A stretch of DNA of 64,000 nt, taken from NCBI RefSeq assembly GCF_009914755.1, contig NC_060928.1; one strand, 5' to 3'. The position numbers were made by a program, and so were the translations under genes. Positions within the stretch are counted from its first letter, which is position 1. Every line of letters begins with the position of its first letter. A model generated the notes under the pieces. The model saw only the letters and a list, made by a program, of their open reading frames with translations. It ran no database searches and was not told where the DNA came from. This DNA is from the human T2T-CHM13v2.0 reference genome, Homo sapiens. Positions 38,502-51,700 of this stretch are shown here, piece after piece.

Positions 38502-38847
38502 TGTATTAGTCCATTTTCACGCTGCTGATAAAGACATACCTGACACTGGATAATTTACAAAAAAAAAAAGAGGCTTATTGGATTTACAGTTCCACGTGGC
38601 TGGGAAGGCCTCACAATCATGGCAGAAGGTGAAAGGCACATCTCACATGACAGCAGACAAGAGAAGAGAGCTTGTGCAGGGAAACTCCCCCTTTTAAAAC
38701 CATCAGATCTCGTGAGACTTATTCACTATCATGAGAACAGCATGGGAAAGACCCACCTCATGATTCAATTACCTCCCACCAGATCCCTCCCACAACATGT
38801 GAGAATTCAAGATGAGATTTGGGTGGGGACACAGCCAAACCATAACA
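38502..38847 (-). mobile_element. THE1B-type solo LTR
   Basis: tgtattagtccattttcacgctgctgataaagacatacc...cagccaaaccataaca; TSD tcatc/tcacc. Confidence 0.93.
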
Positions 38848-39049
38848 TCACCATACTCTCTGCAGAGGGAGATCCATCCTTCAAGCCACAAACAAGAAGA
38901 AATCGTCTTGTGCCCTCTCTGGCACCTTTAAAAACTCTATTCCCTGGGTAAAGGGAAGTGCAAGGGGGCAGGGATAAATGAGAATGGAATAAACAGCCTG
39001 TTAAAGAATCCTCCCCTCTCTCTCTCATTTTTAGACCCTTTTCCTTCAG

Positions 39050-39152
39050 CAATTATCCATCAAGTACCTAATATGTGGCAGGCACTATTCTGCACATGTG
39101 AACAAAAGACACACAAAAATGTCTGCCTTTGTGAGACCTGTGTTCTAGTGGA
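39050..39152 (-). mobile_element. L2a 3' end
   Basis: agtacctaatatgtggcaggcactattctg...gtgaacaaaagac...ttctagtgg. Confidence 0.65.
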
Positions 39153-40154
39153 CTTCATATTCTAGAACTATTAGAGAAAACTGGCTGGAGAAATAATAAT
39201 ACTGGAAGGCTTTATTAGGGCTTTTGGAAAGTCAAACTTAAATAGTCAAATGTGAATTCTCAGTCTCAAAATGTCATAAACAGGACTCTCCTCCCTCCCT
39301 CCACCTCCACACTACCATGACGGTACTTTAAGAGAATGAAAACAGGCATACATCAGCAACTTCATAAACACTGATCTGAAGGCCTGCCTTGAATATCAGT
39401 AATTTCAAACTTACCTGAAGGGAAAATTGGGGAACAGGGGGCCTTTCAGTCAACACTATGCCAACCCAAGAACCAGGTATAAAATAATCCAAAGTCAATA
39501 GTCAGACTTAAAGTGTTTAAAGGAGAAAAAGATGAAGTCTGATATCCCAGTGGAAATACGTCACCCAATAAAGGAAAACTGAATACTGAATTATGTCATG
39601 TAAAAATAATTTTTGATAAATTAGATGTCAGGAAAGTTTTGGCTCACTGTCTGTTAGTGCCCTCTAACAGCCCCTGTCTAGACATGAAGAGCTGGTCAAT
39701 TGTCCAGACCATGTCAGAATCATATTCTTATTCTGAACAGATGCCTCATTATGTAGAATAATTTAGCATTATCAATGAAAGGATTAACTAAATGACTCAT
39801 GGCATTTGTAATGCACTCAAGAGCTTTCACCTATAATACCTACAGCCAGCCCTCAAGTTGGGCTTTGAGTTTGCTAATGAGCATGTGTTATTAATCACAA
39901 GGCACATATGTACCTGATTTTAGACCTCTAAGATAAAAAGGCCTTTAATTTTGGTGAAGCCAAAGGGTAAACTCTACTGTGATTCATTAAATATAGGCTC
40001 AGTGTATCAGCAGCAATTCAGTAGTGCAACATTTGCTAAGAAGTTATTGCCATTGTAATAGAATTAATACATGGTACATTTTATTCAGGTACAATAAATC
40101 CATTATTAGATATTTTTCCCATCAAATGTCTATAAAGTAAGAAAGAAAAGAAAT

Positions 40155-40330
40155 CTATGTACTGAGTGACTCCCTTCTGACAGGTACCCTTCTCTCATTT
40201 AATTTTACAGAAACTCTGTTTAGTATTATTAGATCTATTTTGTACATAAAGAAACTGAGACTCAGGCAAAATAACTTGAGTAACTTTTCCTTGTTCTCAC
40301 AGTCAAAAGGTGGTAAAGCCAAGAGAGTAA
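40155..40330 (-). mobile_element. MIR
   Basis: ctattttgtacataaagaaactgagactcagg...gtaacttttcc. Confidence 0.6.
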
Positions 40331-40332
40331 AC

Positions 40333-40707
40333 TGATATGGTTTGGCTCTGTGTCCCTACCCAAATCTCACCTGGAATTGTAATCCCCATCTGTCAAGAGA
40401 GGGACCTGGTGGGAGGTGATTGGATCATACGGCAGTTTCCCTTATGCTGTTCTTATGATAGTGAGTGAGTTCTCACGAGATGTGATGGTTTTATAACTGG
40501 CAGTTTCCCCTGCTCCCTCTCTCCCTTCTTGGTATGTAAGATGTGCCTTGCTTCCCCTTCATCTCCCATCATGATTGTAAGTTTCCTGAGCCATGAAGAA
40601 CTGTGAGTTCAGCCATGTAGAACTGTGAGTCAAATAAACCTCCTTCCTTTATAAATTACCCAGTCTCTGGTAGTATCTTTATAGCAATGTGAGGACAGAC
40701 TAATACA
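40333..40707 (+). mobile_element. MSTA/THE1D-type solo LTR
   Basis: tgatatggtttggctctgtgtccctacccaaatctc...cagactaataca; TSD taaac/taaat; internal duplication of agccatg.agaactgtgagt. Confidence 0.9.
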
Positions 40708-40901
40708 TAAATCAAATTTTACCTCTCCAGGTGCTTACACTTGTGCAGGAAACTGCTGAGCACCATCTAGGTTCCCCCAATGGGTGGCAGCTATAATCCC
40801 TATGTTTGGTGGATTTATAATTCAGTTAAAGAGATGGAACACATACATGCAGAAGCTAAAAAAAGATAATAGATACATCAGCAAAAAAGTGTAACTAAGC
40901 C

Positions 40902-40939
40902 ATACACACACACACACACACACACGCACATATACATAC
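40902..40939. repeat. (CA)n microsatellite
   Basis: Read directly. Confidence 0.9.
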
Positions 40940-41345
40940 AGTATTATGCTGTTCTTGCATTGCTATCAAGAAATACTTCAGACTGGGAATTTATAAGAAA
41001 AGAGGTTTAATTAGCTCATGGTTCTGCAAGTGCACAGGAAGCAAGCATAGTGCCAGCATCGGTTTCTGGGAAGGCCTCAGGAAGCTTTTATTCTGGCCAA
41101 AGTTGAAGTGGGAGCAGGCATGTCACTTGATGAAAATAGGAGCAAGAGGGAGACAGAGGGGGTGGCAGTGGAGGTGCCACACACTTTTAAATGACCTAAT
41201 CTGGAAAGAACTTACTATTAGGAAGATAGCACCAAGCCATGGGGAATCTGACCACATAATCAAAACACCTCCTACCAGGCTTCACCTCCAGCCTTGGGGA
41301 TTGCAATTCAACATGAGATTTGGGCAGGGACAAATATCCAAACTA

Positions 41346-41348
<3 letters not shown>
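40940..41348 (-). mobile_element. MSTB-type solo LTR
   Basis: gttcttgcattgctatcaagaaatac...gaggtgccacacacttttaaa...gagatttgggcagggacaaatatccaaactatc. Confidence 0.88.
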
Positions 41349-41415
<67 letters not shown>

Positions 41416-41447
41416 TACACATACACATACACACACATATATACACA
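41346..41447. repeat. Compound (TC)n(CA)n/(CACATA)n microsatellite
   Basis: Read directly. Confidence 0.92.
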
Positions 41448-42109
41448 GTGCTTTATAGTTTTCAGGATGCAATGTTGATTTTTCTAATCATCAAAAAGCT
41501 GCCGATGTATATATATTTTTAAACGAGAGGTATTTCCATGTCTCCGTCCAACATTTTGTATTTGAAAGTAATCTTCACAGCTGTAAAACTTTAGTCTTTC
41601 TTAAGATATATTGCACATTCCAAATACACTGACCTAAACCTATAGTTTTCACACATGGTTAGGAGGCAGAGCACCCAGGAGCCAGAGACCTCTTTGAGGA
41701 AGACTATCAAATATTGTTTCATAAATCCAAAATACCAAAAACAAAATGATGTGCTAAATTGGATATCATATTATGTCAGCATAGACAAGAGACAGCCAAT
41801 GCCAAAGGTTTAAGGAAAATACAGGATGGAAAACTTAACTTAGAAAATGGATCTGCCAATGCTTTTGGTTGACATTTCTGCAAACTTTGAAAAGTTTTTT
41901 CCCCAATAGTGGATCATCTTGACCTACTTCAAGGAACTCCTAAGAGCAGCCCTGAGAACACACAAGGTGGCAGGCCAGGAACTCTGAAAATAAGCCTCCA
42001 GATTTGAACGCTCATTCCCATCTGAGGCTGTAATAGCACAGTTTATATCCATCGTGGCTGACTGATACTGCCTGATTAGGGCCGTATTTTGATTCAGAGA
42101 ATTGGAGTT

Positions 42110-42265
42110 GATGTATGCTGAGTGCCTACTATCTGCAGGCTCAATGCCTAGTGCTTTACCTTAATTTTATCAAATACTGAAGCATGTACTATTATTTTAA
42201 TTTTTAGATGAAGATAGTGTTATATCCAGAGGTTAGCTTGCCCAAAGGCATACAGTGAATAAATA
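42110..42265 (-). mobile_element. MIR
   Basis: tgctgagtgcctactatctgcaggc...ttttagatgaag...cagaggttagcttgcccaaaggcatacag. Confidence 0.7.
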
Positions 42266-42639
42266 ATAACACATCACTATACACAATGATAGCAGTTTGG
42301 TGAATCTCATAAAATTATATCAAGGATCAAATTAGATAAGCAAAAAAAAAGCTTTGAAACTTTAAAACTTTCACCTAAGTTTGTTGTATCATCATTATAA
42401 TCATAAGTATCATCAACATCACCATCATTGTCATCATCATCACTGGGTCACCTTTTAAAGAAATCTGTCATTTGATAATAAATAGTAACATCAAATTGAT
42501 TGTATTTAACCTTCAGATAATGATCACCAAGACAGTTTTAATGATAGGAAAACATATCTCATCAAAAATGGAAAAAAACTGGTCTTATTTGGCCTGAAAA
42601 TGAGAAAAATAAATAAAGGCCCAATAACTATTCAGTGAT

Positions 42640-43620
42640 TATATTTATTTTAATTATATAGGCAATCTAACAAGAGAGCCAGAATGATAGAAAACAGAAG
42701 AAATATTATGCTCAGCCCAACCACAATAAGACAACCATTGTCAACATGTTAGTATAACTCTTTCTAGTTTTGTAATATTAATAGTCTATGTAGCTATATT
42801 CAGCATACATATAGTTATATATCCTGTTTTTAATTCACAAATACTATATCTCCATTTTAAGAGGTTTTTATATAATCTTTGTAACCTTTTTTTTATAATA
42901 GCCTTATAATAGGTCACACTGTATGTTATTTAACAACAGTCTTGTTGGTAAATTCTAATTTTTATAATTCTGTGATTTAACAAAAATATTTATACACATG
43001 TGCTATCATTTGAATTTTCAGGAGACATTAGCAAAACTGTGTACAAGAACAATTTGTGGTTCCGGGTTCATTCTAACAAATATTTTTCCCAAAAGTATAT
43101 ACCAGTATAGAGTGCCAACAATCCTTAGGAATACTAGTTCAACCAAATACTTGCTAGAATTGTTATATTATTATTTAAGAATTTCTTTGCTAACTACTAA
43201 AAGGAAAGTAGTGCCTCTTTGTTCTAAAATAGATGCCTTTGCTATTAGCGACAGTAAACTTTTCCCCATGTACTTATTTGTTATATTTGCCCCTTTGTGA
43301 ATTATCCCAAGTTTTTTACTTATTGATCTGTCCCATTCTTAGCGATTTTTCCTTAACAATTTGCACAAGCTCTTTTTCTAAAGATGATATTTTCCTGACC
43401 ATAAACATTCGCAAACATTTATCCTCAATCTGATATTAGCCTTTTTGTTTTGATTGCTTTATTTGATATTTAAATGTTTAGCTTTATGTTTCTATAAAGC
43501 TGTCTATTCTAATGTGATTGGTGGGGTGGGGGAACTTCTAAGCTTAGAAATTTAGGGCCTCGGCAAATGTTTAATGAATATTTATTTCTTGTTTTCTTAA
43601 CACCTTTGTAAAACCTAACT
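42640..43620 (-). mobile_element. Ancient L1ME-type fragment
   Basis: caaccattgtcaacatgttagtata...atgttatttaacaac... is degenerate L1 3' text in reverse. Confidence 0.5.
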
Positions 43621-43654
43621 CCTTAATAAAGTACAACTTATAGTTCTGTAGCGC

Positions 43655-44200
43655 GGTCTCTCTCAGGTCTTACTCTATCTCACCTCACGTTCTCTGCTTT
43701 AGTCTTTTCCTCCTCCAAGTTTCTTTATGCTGTTCTTGCTCTGCCCAACTCTTAAGTGTTGAAACTTCTCAGAAATCTGCCTTGGTCCTCTTATCTTATT
43801 CCTCTGCACACCACTGCCCCTGGGCAGTCTCCCCTATTCCCTTACCTGCAATTGTTCCCACTACAGTTTTGACCTTCAGATCTCTATGTCCAGGCCCAAC
43901 TAAGTCAGAAACCCATACATCATCCTCGACTTCTTCCTCTCTCCTACCCTTGATAACCAGATTCTGTAGATTCTGCCTCCTCATTTTGCTCCTTTCCTGT
44001 TGTCCTGTTCTCCATCCCCACTGCCATTCTCCCAGAGCTGGCCCTTGTCACACAGCTGTCATTGCCTCTTTACTAACCTTCTTGCCTCCAATCCTGTCCT
44101 TTCCAACACTTCCTCTTCGAGCTCTAGGGGATCTCGTTATCATCACAATCTGTCCTGTAGCTTCTCTGTCTGAAGTTGTCTGCTCATTGGCAAACAAGTA
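43655..44200 (+). mobile_element. L2 fragment
   Basis: ctcttaagtgttgaaacttctcagaaatctgccttggtcctcttatctt... pyrimidine-rich L2 ORF-end motifs. Confidence 0.65.
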
Positions 44201-44359
44201 CAGACCACGGGTTATGGTAAAATTCTGCAGGGGAGATCCAGAAAGAGGGGTACCTAATGGGAACAAACACAGGTTAGAGAGTTGATAGTAACTGTGGATA
44301 AAAAGAGGGCAGGAGAAAGAAAAGCAAGGAAGTCTTCATAGAAAAGGCTATGGGAATAG

Positions 44360-44595
44360 ATAATATGTAACATGTATTGAGGGCCTTCTTCTGGGCAAGA
44401 CAGTTTACCTGTAACAGCCTATTTAGTTTTCAACAATAGCCATATAAAATAGGTACCATTAGCAGCCCCTTCTTATAGATGAGGAACATGAAACAAGAGA
44501 ATATCAAAAACGGTACCTTTAGGCACACTGCTAGAGAGTGGAAGAGCCAGTATTTCTCATCCCAAGGTCCATGCTCTTAGCCATGATGCAAACCT
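44360..44595 (-). mobile_element. MIR
   Basis: taacatgtattgaggg...aataggtaccattagcagccccttcttatagatgaggaac...gtccatgctcttagccatgatgc. Confidence 0.75.
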
Positions 44596-44704
44596 GCCTC
44601 TTACAGGAGTTGGGGGAAAAAAGGTGTGAAGAAAGAGAGACTAAGAGAGAGAAAGAGAAGATTATGAGAGATATGACACCAGGTATCCAGTTAGGTAAGC
44701 CAGG

Positions 44705-44840
44705 AATCTGACAGTCAGGAATCCTGGGTTATGATCCTACACTGTTGTGTTAACTTTGGAATAATGATTAAAATTTACTTGCTTCAATTTCAGCATTTGT
44801 AAAATGAAGTTATTGCTACTTCCTCTTATAGTTTCTCACC
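44705..44840 (+). mobile_element. MIR
   Basis: agtcaggaatcctgggtt...gcttcaatttcagcatttgtaaaatgaag. Confidence 0.55.
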
Positions 44841-47568
44841 AGCATATGCCTTGAATTCCTTTATACATTTATAATAGCATAGCATTATTAAAATTAAGTG
44901 TGATCAGATCTACTAGCATGAGTATCAAAAGATAAGAAAAACTTGCCATCTTTACAAATATTTCAAATGTTGTTCCAAATTTTTTAATTCCAGAAGAAGT
45001 TTGTTTTCCAGAACCCTTGAGCTCTACAGTTCTGAGAATCTTGTGCAATGTCCCCTGGAACTAAGTCTGCTTTCCTTCTTCCCCCAGCTTCTAGAAGTAC
45101 TAGAGAACTTCTCAAAGTGTTTGAATCTCATTGTCAAATACTCTATACAACTTTAAAAAGAAACAGCATTGAGGAGTCTAGAGCAGATTCCTAAAAGCAA
45201 GGGCAGGCATCTCCAAGGAAGGTTCTTCTAATTGGCATCTTCACCTGCTGCCTTAGTTCATCCAGTTCAGTCAGAGCTTGGATCCAGACCATCCTGGAAA
45301 CAAACACAGCCTGTGAATTATTCTGGAGATGAAATGTAGATGGCCTCTGCCTCCAAGAGCATCAGTTTAACCCACTTGGTCTCCCAAGTATTAAACTTGC
45401 TTCTAATTGAAAGAAAATCTGTTGAGAAACTTTGCTTCGGTGACAAAGTCAGTCTAAGGATTTGGGGATTTTCTTTCCGTCTTCAGGAAAGGATCTTTCA
45501 ACTAAATTGACACTCTGCCACCTACACTGTTTCTATAGTAATCTCTTATTAACCAGGGTCTCTTAAACCCCCAAAATAAAAAGCCTAGCCCATCAGCCAC
45601 AGGAAACATTAAGAATTCTCATTTTATATGTGAAACCATATTTTTTTCTTGTCCCCTTGCCCTAACCATTTAAAATTATTGCTTGGTGACTCAGTGCTTC
45701 TCCTTCTAAACTTACTTATGGGAAAGAACTGCAATATATGCTTTGGTTCAGGATAATGTATCAAGATTTGGGGAGAAGAAATTTACGGATTTGGCAATTT
45801 CTCGTCTCATTTTGGAAATATGAGTAGATCTATAGGATGTGAATATAACCCCTCCCTGTATCCTATGAGACTTTTGTTTTTCATTGGTTGCTATATACAA
45901 AGGAGGCAAAAAGCAATTTGTAGGAAAGTAGTATTGATAATCTAAAAAGAAAATGTCATAAAATAATTGAATGACAGCTAAAAATTAGCAGCATTATGTA
46001 ATGAATCAATATGAATTATAAAAGCAAAATAAATCTGAGCACATTGACAAGAAGTTAAAAATATTAAGAGATGGGAACACAATTTGTCATTCTAAAATCA
46101 TTATATAACTTAGCTCCAAAAGGCTAGAGAAAAATACCACTAGCAAGTAGTGCTAGTGAAATTATCCTGTCTTTGAGGATAAAATAATACAAAAAGAGGG
46201 AGGAAATAAGCCTTTGAAATTATGTTTATTATTACCTACATTCAAAACCATCTTAAGTAAACTGCCAAATACACTTCATACCAATTCACCCAACTGTCCT
46301 GAGGCCAAGAAGGCAGAAAAGTATCTTTTCAAGATTCCAGTTGATTGGTGGTGTCTGCCTGCAGGACTAAGCTGAAAAAAATTGTGAGGCTAAGCCTGGA
46401 CCCAGCAGGAAAGACTACTAGAATTTATTAGTGATGTCTGCCATGGGTATTTAGGATTAGGAGAGGAGATGCTAGAAGACATACTAAATATTTGCCCATC
46501 TTAAATCCCAAAGCATGTTATCCACACATAAGTGAAACTTATAAAGATTCTCATGTGTGTCTCTTTGTATACATAGGTAAGCAACTGATGGGTTATAGAG
46601 AATGCAAATATTCAACAGCTTTACAAGACAATATCAAATTGTTTTTCAAAGTGGTTGTATTACTTCACACTCACAATGAGGAATCTCATTGTAAGTTACA
46701 CTAGCAATAAGGAAGTTATTGCTAGTAAGTTACCCTAGCAATGAGGAATCTCAAACACAAATAAATTTTCCCAAAGTCCTACAACTATAAGTGATGGAGA
46801 CAGACTTGGATACAGGTATATCCCTTTAAGAGCCTGCTTTGTTCACAACTACTTTAAGAGCAGAGAAGATACACAATTAGCTCGTAAGGCCTAAGGAAAA
46901 ATAATTGCGAAAAGAGGTGTTGGGTTGACTTCAGGATATAATAGAACCCTAAGTTAAGTTCTAATGACAATATACAGAGCAATGTTGATCAAACTTGAGG
47001 GTTGACCTCTGAAGCTTATCACAAAAAGAACAGGAACTCAGGATTTGAGGAAAACCTTGACCTGGATATCCAGTTAAAGTTGAAGGAAACCAACTACAGA
47101 GAACAAATTATATGCTTGCTTTGTACCTTAACTACCAGTTTCCACCTTGAAGACTGTTTGCTTCAAATCAAAGGAGATTTTCTTGCTTCAGAATTTTATG
47201 GGTAGGTTAAAGTTAAATAGTCCTCAAACAGGAAAGGTAAAGCATGTTTCCAAAGTTCTGTCCTAGGAGGACATCTCTGATCCATTGGCTGGGCAGAGAG
47301 TTGCCCTCCATTTGGGGATATACTGGTTGACTTGGTCCTAGAGATGGACCACATAGTTTTAGATATATTAATTATGGTTTTCAGCTAGGTCTGCAACAAG
47401 TAACTAAAGTGAGAACACCTAAAAATATTTTGACTTGAAATATACTAGTAACAGACAAAAATGGGAGGTCATGGGCTAAATTAATTTTTTTCATTTAAAT
47501 CTTACATTTATAAATATTAACTTCTGTGTATTTAAGCTGAATCAGGACTTTAAAATCTCCTTCTACAT

Positions 47569-48222
47569 TGTACTGAGTGGTCTCTAGATAGCTTTGGCCA
47601 ACCCAGTTTCTCCTGTTTCTTCATCTTGCCTCTAGTTCTCAGAACAACTGTAGAAGGTGCTGGAAATGAAATATCCTGAGATACAGAGGAGCTGCCTGCA
47701 ACAGCCCAAGCCTTGTTCCTGTGCCTCCTGGAGAATGTAACATCTTGAGTTAGGGAGGAACAAACAGCCAGAAACAGCCCAAGCTTTGTTCCTTTCTTCC
47801 TTGGGAATGGTGTGTCCTGCAGAGTTTATCCATTGAGTCCTGTTGCCCCTGAGGCATGTAACCTGGGGCGGGCTGTCTTTTGGAGGCCCTCAGGTGTCCT
47901 ACAGATGGGGCACATAAAGGCAAGATGCCATCCACCTCTGGCAGCTTTCGTGAAGCTTGAAAGACTGGCTTATAATGGACCCTAGGTTTCTTTTGTCCCT
48001 TGCTGCCTCTCTGTAAGTAATAAATCTGCTTCATGTAACTTGTTACATGTGAGTGTATTCTGTCTCACCAGACTAAGGCAATAGGTAAAACTGTAGCCAG
48101 GATGCAGTGGGTGGATGTGTTCAAACTCCTATTCCTGGTAGTTGGCATAGTGATGATCTTTGCTATCCTTTACACAGTGGGAGTCCTCCCTTGGGACTGG
48201 TTATTAGTATACCTGCTTCACA
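47569..48222 (+). mobile_element. MER73/MER74-family ERVL solo LTR
   Basis: TG...CA ends; tgtcccttgctgcctctctgtaagtaataaatctgcttcatgtaacttgtt...ctgtctcaccagact...cctgcttcaca. Confidence 0.75.
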
Positions 48223-50399
48223 CAATGGAACAAAAATAAAAGCAAGTTCTTTCCAAACCACTCAGTATGTGTAACATTTTACAAGCTGCTTCTTTTGTGT
48301 TGGTTTGAGTTTTTTAAAATATTGTAACACAGGATATAAAACATAAAGAAATAAACCTAAAATGTATTCCCTTCTCAAATACATTGATTCTTGCACCTTA
48401 AAATGAGTTCTAGGTTTTCAAACTGAAAAGCCAGACTCCTTGTTAATATTCTCAATCTTAAAGCAACTTTTTACATTTTGTTAACTCACTGAATTTATTT
48501 ATTTTATGTTTTAATCTTCAGTGCAATTCAATGTTACATTCGAATTTGATTTTAATGAAATATTCTAGAATTATTAACCTCTTGCAAAGTTTCTATTTTT
48601 AGGTATCTATTATAAAGAGGGTGACTATTTTTCACTAAAATTGTTACACCCAGCATGTAAATTTTAGATTACAAAAATTACAAAATCCTCTAAATAATTC
48701 CTCCTTAAAAGATGGTATGAGACTGAGGGCTACTATTCAAAGATGTTTTTCCAAAGAAGCCACCATTATTTTGCTGATTTTTATGGTATCATACTCCCTT
48801 GATATTCAGCCAGTAATGTATTGTTGTGTCCTGGGTGGTGTTGGTTTTGCTTTACATAGTATCACTTGGTTTCATCTTTCTTTAATCCGGCACCAACCAC
48901 TTTTACGTCCTCACAACATCTCCTTATGTTGTTGTTAATGTATGTATGTGTGTTAATGGGTACAAGTTATCTCTTTCATATGTCAAGTTACTGTTAAAGG
49001 CAAGGTTATTATCTACATGTCCAAGTAGGTGACAAGACCCAAAACCTGGAGACAGGACCACATTCAGGCTGTTGTAAGGCAGATCCTTCATCTCAAGTTG
49101 TCCAATGCCCATCTACCAATTGTCAGATGTTATAACTCTGCCTCTCCCTCTCATGCTGCCTTTGCACAGATTAATTTTCCCCCTTTCCTTTTGAGGCTGT
49201 AGGTCAATCTGTTTTCAGTTTCATACAATTGCATAAATAGGCTCTGTTAAAGTGCTTTAGTCAGTTAGTGAAGTGCTTTTTTTTTTCTCAGATATGTCTT
49301 CTCCACTGCCCCAATTCCACTAACCACTCAATATATTCTTATCTGTTATAAAAAGAGGGAAAAAGGATGTGAATGAATCCCACATACACACAAAATATGG
49401 AACTATTCAATAGTTTTTATTGTGATTCAAGTGACTCTCCACTCCAGAGCCGATAAATGAGATAGAGTGTCCATCTGGGACGTGGTGGTAGTTGGTCTCC
49501 CATTAGGTAAAACCTCTATTGCAACTGTTATCCCAGAAGTTTTTAGGAATAAGGAGAATGTGCAATTCTTTCCAGCCTCCCTCTATAACCTTTCTGGGAG
49601 CCCTGAGCTGTGATTGTGACTGGTAAGATTTGCTTACCAATTAGCAAAGCAAACCACACTCTGAAATGTGTAAACGATCCTTTAAATTGGGCAGAATGCC
49701 CAGAAATAAAGCTTCTCTGACTAGTTATAACTAATGTTATCACCGTTACCTCTTCCCTTCAATTATTTAGGCTTCCCCCACACATGGACTGGATTCCTAC
49801 TGACAGGAATGTGGAACTCACTCATTAATCATTTTCTTGTCTCTGGCAGCGGAGGAAGGGAGGGATGCTCACTACCAAAAATAGAATGCCTTCTCTCTCT
49901 GATAAATAGGATAAAACTCTGTAATAAACATGTTGTCTTGTCATGGGCAATTTCTTTTGAAATTGTCTTGAGAAAAAGCATATAATATCAGTGCAGTTTA
50001 TCTATACATCATAGGCATACAATAGTGAAGATGTAACTAGATACTAAACTAAAGTGCTTGTAAAAGATGCAATCAAACACAAATTCTCAGTTATGCTAAT
50101 AACCTCAGGGTCATGGAGCACTAAATTATCCAAACAATAAATGTCTGGCAAACATTTTATGTGAAGACTAAAATTTGTGTTTTTATCACTTATATACATG
50201 AAAAAGGCTAAAAGGCAAATAAACCCATTCATGTGTGTGTATATATATATATAGGCACACAGGAAAAAATTTATCTCCCTGTATATGTTTCCAAAACCTA
50301 TCATGTTAGATCACAGCTTTGTAGGGTTTCTAGGAGATTGCCATTGTACACAAATCCAGTGGAATGCTAATGCCATAAAGTCTAACTTTGAAAAGAAAA

Positions 50400-50800
50400 A
50401 CTGGAATCACTGTTAAAGGCTATCTAGTCCCATGTCTTCATTACGTAAATGAGGAAGCTGAAGCTCAGAAAATTATTATCTAAGAAGCCAGAGGTTCTTT
50501 CTGACCCACATTCCCAGTGTGAGTTATTTCAATTTCTTATTCCTTTGTGCCAGTTCATCCACATTTCTATTTTGGCTTCATGTGAGGTCAGAGCAAAGAT
50601 ATGTAGCACTCTCTGATCATCCTTTCAAATCCTGATTTACTGTACTTAGTTTAATGAAAGAGTGTCACTCTCATTTTTCAGTTGTGGAAGCAAAATTAGA
50701 AGTTAAGTCGGTTATTCAGATCACCAAGCTAGTTAGAGGCAGAGCAGGGATCGGTGCCCAGGCTGCCTGACCTCTAACATCCCAAAGCGGGCAGTATATT
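50400..50800 (-). mobile_element. MIR/MIR3 fragments (about 50400-50520 and 50660-50800)
   Basis: tctagtcccatgtcttcattacgtaaatgaggaagctgaagctcaga; gatcaccaagctagttagaggcagagcagggat. Confidence 0.6.
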
Positions 50801-51509
50801 GATACTAAGTGCCTCATATTTAGCTCCATATCTTTTCTTTCATTCAGAAAAAAAAAAGGTGGTTTTTTTTTTTTTTGGTGTATCTGTAAAAATGACTAGA
50901 TTTGTTTTCACACAGGTATACAATAAATGCTAAAAGGGAACAGGAGACTCATAGGTCTGTACACACCACGTGGAATACTCTCCCAGACACCCTGCCAGCT
51001 ATCTCATGGGAGGTCTCTGAGAGTCCTTCTGGGATCTATGCTTAATAGAAGGATAGTACTAGAACCACTTCAATTAACTTCTCATTTCACCGATCACCGT
51101 CTCTCATCTCTACAAAACAACACAATCAAAGCAAACAACACTGATGGTTTTCAATATATTGGCCTGTGGATGAAATGCATCAGCTTCTCTATTTAGTTGA
51201 TCTATGTGAAGTGAGAATGGCTTGGGAGTGGTCGCTGTCACACTGTGACAAATGGGAGGGACTAGACAATCACTTCCTCTTTAAAAGGCACCATCTGTTT
51301 TGTAAGTTGTTCCCTTTCTTCCTTCTTTCATCCATCCTTCCTTCCATATTTTATCTTTCATGACTTTTCTTTTCCTGTACATAGTACTTTCACAAAGCAG
51401 AAAAACCAAAATCTATTTATAATGTAAATTAGCCTATCATGTTGCCTAAATGAATAACTTAACACTGATGAAACGAACTACAGGTTGACAAACACAGAGA
51501 TACAGAATA

Positions 51510-51700
51510 CATAGACCTGGGATTGAGTCCTAGCTGTGCCCAAAATAAGAATAAGCTGGGTCACCTCAGGTAAGGCACTTAACCTCTCTGAGCCTATTTC
51601 TTCACCTGTGCTGTGAAATTGATGTAATCAACCAGAGTAATTACAAAATACAAAGTAAAACTACATATAAAAGTTCTTAGTAAATTGGAAAGTTCCATAT
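51510..51700 (+). mobile_element. MIR
   Basis: agacctgggattgagtcctagctgtgcc...ggcacttaacctctctgagcctatttcttcacctgt. Confidence 0.75.

Noticed and set aside
43782-44285. 167-aa ORF
   Set aside because: Lies in a pyrimidine-rich L2 fragment; S/P/L/C-biased, non-ATG start, no domain.
46920-47400. Possible very old LTR fragment
   Set aside because: No family recognisable with confidence.
47680-47792. Direct repeat acagcccaagc.ttgttcct
   Set aside because: Appears to be an intrinsic feature of the MER73/74 LTR.
50848-50877. A11-ggtgg-T14 hairpin resembling an intrinsic terminator
   Set aside because: Adjacent homopolymers in eukaryotic DNA; no GC stem and no associated gene.
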